Virus record (IMG/VR): IMGVR_UViG_3300050151_000071
Coordinates: 11,923-75,922 of that record
From: a virus
Lineage: Duplodnaviria > Caudoviricetes
Direction: 5' to 3' (one strand)
DNA length: 64,000 nucleotides
This document shows, piece after piece, positions 25,744 through 33,807 of this stretch. Each line of letters begins with the position of its first letter. Position 1 is the first letter of the stretch. A program made the position numbers and the translations under genes. The notes beneath the pieces were generated by a model that searched no databases, was not told the origin of the DNA, and saw only the letters and a list, made by a program, of their open reading frames with translations.

Positions 25744-26033
25744 TGGTATCCCCGGCCGGAATCGAACCGGCACCCTTTCGGAACGGATTTTCGTACCACT
25801 ACAACTTTCGTTGCCGCTCGTCGAGCGTTTGTAGTCTGGACTATACCTTGACCATTGCCGAAGCTTTAGGCCCTGCCCGTCTAGTCTCTACACCTTCCTC
25901 TTTTCGAGGCTTGGTTCGGGATTGCCATGTGAAAGGTTTCCCCGAATTTGAGCAGTTCTACTCCAAGAGTTTCCTCAAGGGCACTCAGTTTCCTATCAAA
26001 GTCCGTCGCGTCTACCAATTCCGCCACGGGGAC
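25744..26033 (-). tRNA. tRNA-Leu(TAA) interrupted by a group I intron
   Basis: 5' exon 26033-25999 (GTCCCCG...ACGGACTT) and 3' exon 25791-25744 (AAAATCCGT...A CCA) join into the loop CT-TAA-AA. Confidence 0.9.
25792..25998 (-). mobile_element. Group I intron (trnL/IC3-like), 207 nt, no ORF
   Basis: P CTGCTCAAATTCGGGGAAACC, Q GGCAATCCCGAACCAAG, R GGTGTAGAGACTAGACGG, S AAGGTATAGTCC; terminal G; U.G pair in P1. Confidence 0.9.
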
Positions 26034-26102
26034 ACATAATTCAAATCTTTCGATCTGATTTGTCTAATATATATTCTATTGATCAATAATTCAACAGAGA
26101 AA

Positions 26103-26765
26103 TCAAAGGTTCTTATAAAACTCCGCCACTACATCTTTCAGAGGTTGAACCCAAGGTTTAACGTTCTCAACGAAAACTGTAGCACCTTCGTTCTCAACTG
26201 TCATTAGAATGACTATTTGTCGTGGACACGTTTCTTCATCTTGTGTACGTTCGTACCACATGTATGCATAACCAGCACACTGCATGAAGTAGTTTGAAAT
26301 CATGTCTTTAGTTCTAGGACGTCTAGCGTTCTTAAAGTCAATGATTGCTGGACGGCCTTTGTATTCAGCAATCAAGTCAGCTCGTCCAGCTAACTTCAAA
26401 GTATCTGAATATAACGCAGTTTCTAATCCGAAGACTCTTCCAACATCTTTATCGATGATTGGTTTCAAATCATTAAATCGATCGAGCGCAAGGTAACCGG
26501 TCTTTGGATAAGGGATACCTCTAATGTGTGCTTCTGCAATTTCGTGCATCTCTGTTCCGAGAGCAGCAGAGCGGTCACGAATCTTTTCAGCTTCCTTCTC
26601 GCCTACTTTAGCGATCCATTTGAGAAGCTGCTCGGGTTTCTCTTGAGCACTTAGTACAGTAGTCATTGAGGGATAAGTTGCCCCCTCGGGAGTCACGTAA
26701 TGTCGTTTACCGTTTACCTCTGTAGTGTTGAGTTGGACGTCGTATCGTAGGTCTAGTATTGCCAC
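26103..26765 (-). CDS. PD-(D/E)XK exonuclease of T4-like phages
   Basis: YPSMTTVL, GTEMH, AGRADL, IIDFK, YFMQCAGY. Confidence 0.85.
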   Translation of the reverse strand: MAILDLRYDVQLNTTEVNGKRHYVTPEGATYPSMTTVLSAQEKPEQLLKWIAKVGEKEAEKIRDRSAALGTEMHEIAEAHIRGIPYPKTGYLALDRFNDLKPIIDKDVGRVFGLETALYSDTLKLAGRADLIAEYKGRPAIIDFKNARRPRTKDMISNYFMQCAGYAYMWYERTQDEETCPRQIVILMTVENEGATVFVENVKPWVQPLKDVVAEFYKNL

Positions 26766-27059
26766 TGTTGCATGGTTGTGCGCATCTTCTTACGGATTGA
26801 TCGCACAGTCCCTTCTTGTTCTAAATGCGATAGTATGTTTAGCGTACGTTGTGTTTCTATATTTGGACCGCCATCGACGTCATAATCACCGGACGATGAA
26901 AGAGGGAGTTCGCTGTAGTGCCAAATTTCACTATTGTCTTCCAAGATTATTAGAGTTTCAAACTCAACAAAATAATCTACGTTCGGATTTGGTGGTAGGG
27001 GAAGATCGAACCCGGGCTTTTCATACCCGGGTTCATTGAGTGGAGATCTTCCCTCCGTA

Positions 27060-27845
27060 TCATTTTCTCTTAGCAGTGGTCGTGGGTTTCGCATTCCGCA
27101 GCTCATATTCATAGGTTACAAATTCTTTCACGAAGCCACTACGAACAATATCTGCAGGTAGAAACTCAACGAATTCAACACGATCTTCCATCTTGCGAAG
27201 GATTTCCAAGGTCTTCCATAGACCTTCCTTATCCTCGGCGTCCGACAAATCTGACTGGTCGTAGTCACCGGATAAGATTACTTGGCAGTTTTCACCAAAG
27301 CGAGTTAGGATACTCTTCTGTTCGTGGTACGACATGTTCTGTACTTCATCTAGGATAACAATGCTGTTATCCAGAGTGATACCACGAACATATGATGTCG
27401 ATACAAACTTAACAATCTCTAGACCCTTTAGGATCTTATATGCGTCATTACGACCGAACAACTCAGCACAAATCAGTTGATATGGCTCCTCATAAACAGC
27501 CATCTTATCTTCTAACTTACCAGGCAAGTGTCCAACTTCTCTTGAAGGAACAGCTGAACGATAGATGATAATTTGTTTGTACTTTTTGTGATACAACACG
27601 GCTTCTAAAGCCATATACATCGCAACGAATGTTTTACCTGTACCAGGGCAGCCGTGCAGCACTACACTCTTATTAGCACGGAAAGCTTTAAGAGTCTTTC
27701 CTTGTGCGTGTGTTTTTGCTTTTACAGATCCAAGTGATAGTTGCTGTGAAGGAGCTGGTCTACTACTTCGTCCCTCATACCGATTATCACCTCGAGATTG
27801 CGCCGTATCTCGTTCACGTTGTTCTTGGCGCTTGTTTTTACGCAT
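27060..27845 (-). CDS. phoH: PhoH-family ATPase
   Basis: GCPGTGKT, GHLPG, RGITL, DEVQN, GDYDQSD, DIVRS. Confidence 0.93.
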   Translation of the reverse strand: MRKNKRQEQRERDTAQSRGDNRYEGRSSRPAPSQQLSLGSVKAKTHAQGKTLKAFRANKSVVLHGCPGTGKTFVAMYMALEAVLYHKKYKQIIIYRSAVPSREVGHLPGKLEDKMAVYEEPYQLICAELFGRNDAYKILKGLEIVKFVSTSYVRGITLDNSIVILDEVQNMSYHEQKSILTRFGENCQVILSGDYDQSDLSDAEDKEGLWKTLEILRKMEDRVEFVEFLPADIVRSGFVKEFVTYEYELRNAKPTTTAKRK

Positions 27846-27876
27846 ATGTACTCCTTGTGGTTAGCCCACAATTATA

Positions 27877-28134
27877 TTATCGGATATTCATATTGTTCCG
27901 TGGTGATCCTTTTGCAACTTTGTTGAGGACATCACGGAAGCCGTTATCAATTTTACCCATACCTAACATTGTTACAAGCGCAGGCGCTTGACCATTTGTG
28001 GTAGGCAGAGAGGTGCATATTAAAGTAGGGTTGTCTTTTAGATAAGCTTCCAATGCATCTGTTGATAATAGTTGCTTAGTTACTTCTTTGGTTTCTTCGT
28101 TCAAGAACTCGAAGAACTTATAGGTGGTCTTCAT
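27877..28134 (-). CDS. Conserved T4-like hypothetical protein
   Basis: YL..NP and K.D.GF..VL motifs typical next to phoH. Confidence 0.7.
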   Translation of the reverse strand: MKTTYKFFEFLNEETKEVTKQLLSTDALEAYLKDNPTLICTSLPTTNGQAPALVTMLGMGKIDNGFRDVLNKVAKGSPRNNMNIR

Positions 28135-28293
28135 TAGTGTCTCGGTTTGTTGGGACGTGGTGTAGAATCGTTGTCGTCCTTACCTTCGAAGGAAGAGGAG
28201 CGGCCTTTTTCTTTCTTACGACGAGCATTACGTTCACGCTGTAGTCGTTGAGCCTTGTAGTATTCCGCGTCGTCACTATTGTTGCGGAAAGTC

Positions 28294-28743
28294 TTACCCA
28301 TGGATTCTGTTTCCGTTAGGAAGAACCTTCATGTTAAGCAGACCAGGGAAAACCTTCTCAACAAACTCAGCGCTGATGTTATCATAAGGCCACTTGCGGT
28401 CTTTCATCAGTAACACAATCTCAGCATCTTTTGGGTGAATAAATTCAAGAACCATGATGAATTGTGTTTGCATTTTTGCGTCGTTCAGATTTGGACCACC
28501 CTCTACAAAGAGATACATTCGACGTACTTCACCCCAGAAAAATCCATGGGTAGTTACATCTTCCGCTGCCTTGTAAGGAGGATTACCGGGTGGTAATCTA
28601 AACGTAACGTTGGGTGATATTCCATAATACAGAACATCAAACACTCGTTGATTTTGAGCAGCTTGTCCTAAAGCGTGTGCTCTTTGTTCTTCGTCCTCGA
28701 TGGCGTTGATACGGTCGAGGAATTCGAATACAGACTCTTTCAT
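28294..28743 (-). CDS. Conserved T4-like hypothetical protein
   Basis: F.LP.G.PPY...LEFIHP.DAE motifs; follows rnh. Confidence 0.75.
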   Translation of the reverse strand: MKESVFEFLDRINAIEDEEQRAHALGQAAQNQRVFDVLYYGISPNVTFRLPPGNPPYKAAEDVTTHGFFWGEVRRMYLFVEGGPNLNDAKMQTQFIMVLEFIHPKDAEIVLLMKDRKWPYDNISAEFVEKVFPGLLNMKVLPNGNRIHG

Positions 28744-28744
28744 G

Positions 28745-29596
28745 TTAGAATTGGTCTACTACGTCTAGGAGCGTTGATAGTCTGTACTTCACAAAGTAGT
28801 CAAACAATCGATGTCCTTTACGGCCTTTCTGATCTTCATATTGGGTTAAAATTTGAGTAGTGATTTCTTCTGGTATCGAGCGCAGGTCAATCATAGTCCT
28901 GTTCCTAAACCAGTTCCTTCTATGTATTTCATTCGGCCATGTTTCAACAGAGGTTGAGAGGAAAGCTTTTAGTCTTTCTTCAGTCATTTTTGACTGACGC
29001 TTTTCCTTAACCGTCAACACATCATCGTCTGAAAGTATGTTTGGAACACCATCATTACGGTCGCCCCTGATGATATGTTCCTCCAAATAAGCTACAGGAT
29101 CTGAAGGAGTTAGCATACGCTCTTCGATGTGATCGTACTGAACTACGTCCCCATATGCTTGAAGCTGTTGGAAGTCTCTATCTCGGCTAACAATAGCATG
29201 AGGGCCTTCAGTATTCAATACCATCGTTGCAATGATGTCATCACCTTCAGCTCCCTTAATTTCAAGAACTGGGTAGTGAGTATATTCAACCAACTCTTTT
29301 TTGATGGAGTCGAACAGGTCATATACCTTTGGCCACTCAATGTGAGTCAGCTTTTCTCTATCGGTCTTTCGATGAGACTTATAGTATTCAAAAGCGTCCT
29401 TACGCCACGTTCTCGGGGAGTCGGCACAGATAATAACTCGACCATACCTAGACCCAAACTTAACGTTGATCATCCTAATGTAGTTGATAACGAGAAGACG
29501 AACCTTATTTGGGTTGAAGTCATCTACCTTTGGTTTCTTCGGGAAGGAAGCATGTAGGCTCGTCATCAATATGTTATTGAAGTCTATAAGTATCAT
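28745..29596 (-). CDS. rnh: RNase H / 5'-3' exonuclease (T4 rnh)
   Basis: ILIDF, EGDDIIA, SRDRDFQQL, GDRNDGVPN. Confidence 0.92.
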   Translation of the reverse strand: MILIDFNNILMTSLHASFPKKPKVDDFNPNKVRLLVINYIRMINVKFGSRYGRVIICADSPRTWRKDAFEYYKSHRKTDREKLTHIEWPKVYDLFDSIKKELVEYTHYPVLEIKGAEGDDIIATMVLNTEGPHAIVSRDRDFQQLQAYGDVVQYDHIEERMLTPSDPVAYLEEHIIRGDRNDGVPNILSDDDVLTVKEKRQSKMTEERLKAFLSTSVETWPNEIHRRNWFRNRTMIDLRSIPEEITTQILTQYEDQKGRKGHRLFDYFVKYRLSTLLDVVDQF

Positions 29597-29619
29597 AATA
29601 TCTCAAATGGTTTAGAGAA

Positions 29620-30033
29620 CTATTCAAAGTCCTCAGAGCTCTCTAGTAGCTCATCAATATCAATTAGTTGTAATTGGGAAGCAAGTATCTTATCAATCTC
29701 TTCACCGTTCTCATGCACAAAACTCACGAGAGGGTGTTGTAGTCCTAAGTTTCTATACATTGCAGCTCTAACGCTAGCAACAATCAAAAAACTCAATCGA
29801 TCAGAGGGAATCTTAAACCCTGCTGTGTACAAATCTCTGAAGAAGGTATCCATCACAAAAGCCAATGCTTGTTCAGCAGAAGCTACCTTCATTTCTAATA
29901 GGTTCGATACAATCTCAACTGGATCAGCTTCAGGCTCATCGTGAGGTTTGTACTCTTTTGGAAACTGAATTATTTGCGCCGAATATTGTTCTTTTGGGTG
30001 GTCTTCTTGTTGAGGCGCAGTGTTTGCTGTCAT
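29620..30033 (-). CDS. Hypothetical protein
   Basis: 137-aa ORF. Confidence 0.65.
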   Translation of the reverse strand: MTANTAPQQEDHPKEQYSAQIIQFPKEYKPHDEPEADPVEIVSNLLEMKVASAEQALAFVMDTFFRDLYTAGFKIPSDRLSFLIVASVRAAMYRNLGLQHPLVSFVHENGEEIDKILASQLQLIDIDELLESSEDFE

Positions 30034-31139
30034 TTAATAACTCTTACTATGACCACATCGTCCGAAGTTCTTGTACGCACGTCGATGGGGGTACTCTTGA
30101 TGGATTGGAAAAGTTTGGTAATCTTAGTCTTCGGTGCAGATACCATTTCTTTAATGATGCTGAGGTGACGTCCGGCCCGCTTGGCTTCAGACGTTTCTTC
30201 ATCAACGTTGAGAATGGTAGTGCCTTTCACTGATAGGCCCTCTGGTTTGGAGGCTCGAAGAATCGCCAACTGACTATATTTAGCGTTGTACAGTACAACA
30301 ATTTGCGCTCCCAAGATATGTTTTGGGTCCACAGATGTCAGTTTTGTTTCTTCGTCAGTCTTCTTGTACTTGAGGCTTCGTGCAGTTGCTGCAGGGCGAG
30401 CCACCTTAGGCTTGCGACCCCTCTTAACAGCTCCTTTGACCTTTACTTTCTCGTCAGCAACAGTACCGCTCCAAGCAACGAGCGATTCAACTAAGCTCTT
30501 AACGAAAGCAAGAAGACGTTGGTGCACAGCACGCTTTCCATGATCGATCGTCTTGTCGTTCATGTCATCAAGTTGCATCTTGTAGTGATTGGTAATGATT
30601 CCAGCCTGCGAAGGCTTCATACCTAAAGTCTTGAAGAACTCAAAGAACTTCACGTCTTCTAGCTTAGTTTGGTTCAACCAAACTTGGTCCATCAACTCAT
30701 CGATATCTCCGATGAAGTTCAACGCCTTGCGTCTGTTGTGGACAGCTGGCGACGCTCGATCAGGACTCGAAACGATTTCCTCGCGGCGAATCTTACCGAT
30801 GATCAGATATTCTTTGATGCGAGCTTCCCAACGCTTAACGGTACGCTCAGGAAGCGTACAATCTCTGCTAAGCATACGCGCGATGTAGAAGTCCGAAGGC
30901 ATCAACCTCCCGCATCTCATAACGGCGGAAATATCCTTGGGGGAATACTTGCGGTTCTTCAGTTCATCGGCGAGCCAATCAGAGTGGCTCCGTTGGTCGA
31001 AGAACACATTGTACCAGTTGAAGGCTGCATGCAACCTCCAATCTTCTGGAACGTATGATGTTTCAATGTCCGGCTCAGCGCCATAGAAGCGCAGCTCGAG
31101 TAATTCTTGGACACCAGTTTTTTGAGCTTTGTAAGCCAT
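30030..31139 (-). CDS. Conserved T4-like hypothetical protein
   Basis: FNWYN N-terminal and ILGA...GLSVKGTTI C-terminal motifs. Confidence 0.75.
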   Translation of the reverse strand: MAYKAQKTGVQELLELRFYGAEPDIETSYVPEDWRLHAAFNWYNVFFDQRSHSDWLADELKNRKYSPKDISAVMRCGRLMPSDFYIARMLSRDCTLPERTVKRWEARIKEYLIIGKIRREEIVSSPDRASPAVHNRRKALNFIGDIDELMDQVWLNQTKLEDVKFFEFFKTLGMKPSQAGIITNHYKMQLDDMNDKTIDHGKRAVHQRLLAFVKSLVESLVAWSGTVADEKVKVKGAVKRGRKPKVARPAATARSLKYKKTDEETKLTSVDPKHILGAQIVVLYNAKYSQLAILRASKPEGLSVKGTTILNVDEETSEAKRAGRHLSIIKEMVSAPKTKITKLFQSIKSTPIDVRTRTSDDVVIVRVIK

Positions 31140-31183
31140 GAGTGCTCCTACTTAATAATAGGATAATCGCATATTATGCCAAG

Positions 31184-32179
31184 TTAATCAACAGTGTTTT
31201 TGATCGAATCTAATAATTTAATCCATTGATTTATAAAGGATTCTTCACTGTGTATTTCATTAGTGCGATCAAGATTTAGTGCAATGCGCGTAGGATCAAA
31301 ACGATCGTTTGCAATCTGTTCTGTAACTTCTTTCAGCTTGTAGTAAAACAGTGTGGCGTGTTCATCTTTATAAGCTATCGTAGAATAGGAATCAGTTAAC
31401 CCACCTGAAGTCTCAGGCAAGGCTCCATAGTTGGAGTGAACCACTCGACAACCAGCAGACATTGCTTCTATCATTGCAATGCATGATGTCTCGGGCCAAA
31501 TAGAAGGATAAGCAAACACGTGAGCGTTGATCAGCGCTTCTCTAACTGTATCGTTATCTACAGCACCGTGATAGTTAATACCTGGATGTTCTCTGCATTG
31601 TTCAAACAAGGCCTCATAAGGAGCATCTCGTTCGCTCCACCCGTAGATACTGAAACTACTGTACACGTCAAGGATGATATGTACACCCTCTTCTTTCATA
31701 TCGTTATACAATTCAATGAAAGCAGGGACAAGTATTTCTAGTCCCCGATGTGGTGTAGTATGATAAATGAATCGAATTGGTTCTGATTGATCACCACTTC
31801 CTATCTTGTACCACTTTATGAATGCTTCATTTCTTGGTAGTGGTTCAATGGCGTTAGCGATAACGATTGAATTCTCGCCCGTCAACCCATAGTGAGCGTT
31901 GTATTGCTGCTGTTGCCAATTAGAAACAAACACAAGATGGTCAAAGCGAACTCCCTTATCATCCATAAGATGATTTGAGGCTGGATCGCCTGGCAAGTCG
32001 TGAAGGTAATAAATGCTTTGACGGTTAGGATCAAACCCTTGAACGCGCGACGGATAAATGTCGAAGTGTTCTAATAAGTCTTCTCGGCCGCGCTCTGTTA
32101 GCCCTCTAACAAGTCGCTCACACATCATCTCGGTTCCGCCCTTAGCTTTAGAGGCGAAGTCCACATTCTTAATTGGCAT
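31184..32179 (-). CDS. GT-B glycosyltransferase
   Basis: GGTE, STPHRGL-like TTPHRGL, AYPSIWPETSCIAMIEAM. Confidence 0.88.
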   Translation of the reverse strand: MPIKNVDFASKAKGGTEMMCERLVRGLTERGREDLLEHFDIYPSRVQGFDPNRQSIYYLHDLPGDPASNHLMDDKGVRFDHLVFVSNWQQQQYNAHYGLTGENSIVIANAIEPLPRNEAFIKWYKIGSGDQSEPIRFIYHTTPHRGLEILVPAFIELYNDMKEEGVHIILDVYSSFSIYGWSERDAPYEALFEQCREHPGINYHGAVDNDTVREALINAHVFAYPSIWPETSCIAMIEAMSAGCRVVHSNYGALPETSGGLTDSYSTIAYKDEHATLFYYKLKEVTEQIANDRFDPTRIALNLDRTNEIHSEESFINQWIKLLDSIKNTVD

Positions 32180-32188
32180 TACTGTTCT

Positions 32189-32410
32189 TTACGAAAGACG
32201 GTCGATGAGTTGGTCGGCGCCACCAATGTGTACGCCATCAATTACAACTACTGGGAATGTTCTAGCTGTTGGAAATTGTTCTATTAGTTCTTCACGCGTG
32301 AAGTTTACGTTCAGTTTTAATGCTGTGTAATCAATCTTCTTGGCAGTGAGGAAGTTTGCTGCCCGAACACAATGTGAGCATTCGGGCTTAGAATATACTA
32401 TAATGTTCAT
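32189..32410 (-). CDS. nrdC: Glutaredoxin
   Basis: CSHC, TFPVV, IGG. Confidence 0.9.
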   Translation of the reverse strand: MNIIVYSKPECSHCVRAANFLTAKKIDYTALKLNVNFTREELIEQFPTARTFPVVVIDGVHIGGADQLIDRLS

Positions 32411-32799
32411 GAATACTTAATGTTGCCGTGTTCAATAATCTTGTGAACTCGCCCAGTACGATCAATGACTGTAAACGATACTTCACTTGGTGAAAATTCT
32501 TTGACCATCTCAAGGAAGTCTTCCACTTGGAAGTCCTTGCAAGAGTATAGGTCAAATTTTGCGTATGGTTCTGGTACTTCGCTCCAGACGTGAACTGAAG
32601 CATGTGATGTAGTGATTACAACTGTACCTGTGACTCCTGCATTGAGAGGATCATCACAGTACTTTGCTTGTGGCTCCATGAAGATTTCCATGTCCACATT
32701 CTTTACCAAGCGACGGAGCCAGTCTTCAACTACAGCAGCGTCGCGCGGTGGGTTCTTCAATATAGCATCAACCAGAAGATGCTTGTGCAAGTCGGGCAT
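32407..32799 (-). CDS. speD: S-adenosylmethionine decarboxylase proenzyme
   Basis: GVTG...TSHASVHVW, DLYSCKDF. Confidence 0.82.
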   Translation of the reverse strand: MPDLHKHLLVDAILKNPPRDAAVVEDWLRRLVKNVDMEIFMEPQAKYCDDPLNAGVTGTVVITTSHASVHVWSEVPEPYAKFDLYSCKDFQVEDFLEMVKEFSPSEVSFTVIDRTGRVHKIIEHGNIKYS

Positions 32800-32884
32800 T
32801 GTAGCTCCTAACGTATCATTAAAGGTGGGTCTTGTCTCGCCCTTAATGTTGATTAGGGACCCGGTTACAAAAAGATGTTTTGAT

Positions 32885-33118
32885 TTAGTCCTTTAGATGC
32901 GCGTTTGCATCTTTGTTTAGTTGCTCAATGTCTTCTGGATCAAACCCATTCGGACGTCTATCCGATTTGTGGTGGATCGTTGCAAAAAGAGCAGGAAGTT
33001 GTGCAACGTCTGTATCGGTTGCAGGGATTTCTGGATTACCAGCATCAACGTCTGTGGCGTTACCTGGATCGCCTTCTTCTTCTTTAACGAAGGCGGTAAA
33101 AGGTTTGATCTTGGTCAT
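32885..33118 (-). CDS. Small acidic late protein, possible internal head protein
   Basis: CTAAATA upstream; N-terminus KIKPFTAFVKEE resembles a capsid-targeting sequence. Confidence 0.55.
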   Translation of the reverse strand: MTKIKPFTAFVKEEEGDPGNATDVDAGNPEIPATDTDVAQLPALFATIHHKSDRRPNGFDPEDIEQLNKDANAHLKD

Positions 33119-33197
33119 GTGTTAATCCTTATTCTAATACTTTATTTAGTCGTATCAGATTCTTAATGATATCTGATCTCGGGCCAAAATGCAACAG

Positions 33198-33599
33198 TTA
33201 TTTTAGATGCTTTTTGTTTATTCGAACCTGAATGATACCATTTAGATACGAATCATCTAATAGAACACCTAAGTCAAATTGCATTTTAGCTTCCATGTAA
33301 GAAAGCATACCTTTGGAATAACAAATTTCAAGGATTTCTCGTTTGAACTTATCGACACCCTTATCAGCAATTTGTTTCTTTACTTCTTCAGAAGAAGAAA
33401 CATACGCCTGCCAATCAGATTGGACCTTCTCTCTGCGTTTACGCTTCTGTCCTTTGAGTGGTGGACGAACGATAACACGATAGAAGTTTTTCTTACCGAT
33501 GTATTTCTTACCCTCGGGGTTAGTTATACAATACACAAATCCAATAGCATCTTCTGGAACATTATCAGAGGTGAACTCGTCACCCTTATACAGCCACAT
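33198..33599 (-). CDS. GIY-YIG-domain protein conserved in T4-like phages
   Basis: GFVYCITN...KYIGKK, ILEIC, YLNG. Confidence 0.8.
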   Translation of the reverse strand: MWLYKGDEFTSDNVPEDAIGFVYCITNPEGKKYIGKKNFYRVIVRPPLKGQKRKRREKVQSDWQAYVSSSEEVKKQIADKGVDKFKREILEICYSKGMLSYMEAKMQFDLGVLLDDSYLNGIIQVRINKKHLK

Positions 33600-33763
33600 T
33601 ATTCTTCAAACAACCCCAACGTTTCTTCATCACTATCGTTCTGAAGATTATCAGAACCACAGTACGGACAGAACTTAGCTTCGTTAACAGTTGTGTCAAT
33701 ACCAGTTAGGTAAAAACTTGAACTACAGTCATCACATTCGTGTAGTTGTCTAAGTTGAGCCAT
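33599..33763 (-). CDS. Zinc-ribbon protein (54 aa)
   Basis: CDDC...CPYCG; not in the ORF track. Confidence 0.7.
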   Translation of the reverse strand: MAQLRQLHECDDCSSSFYLTGIDTTVNEAKFCPYCGSDNLQNDSDEETLGLFEE

Positions 33764-33807
33764 ATGAAAATACTCCTTTGTTACTAGGAGTATTTAGAGA
33801 TATCCAT

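Noticed and set aside
25743-26039. 98-aa plus-strand ORF
   Set aside because: It is the antisense of the intron-containing tRNA-Leu
26753-27112. 119-aa minus-strand ORF and the GAACCCGGG/CCCGGGTTC hairpin
   Set aside because: No convincing start or motif and it overlaps phoH; the hairpin lacks a U-tract. Left uncalled
33198-33599. NAD synthetase label often given to this family
   Set aside because: The sequence shows GIY-YIG motifs and no PP-loop; not counted as an NAD gene
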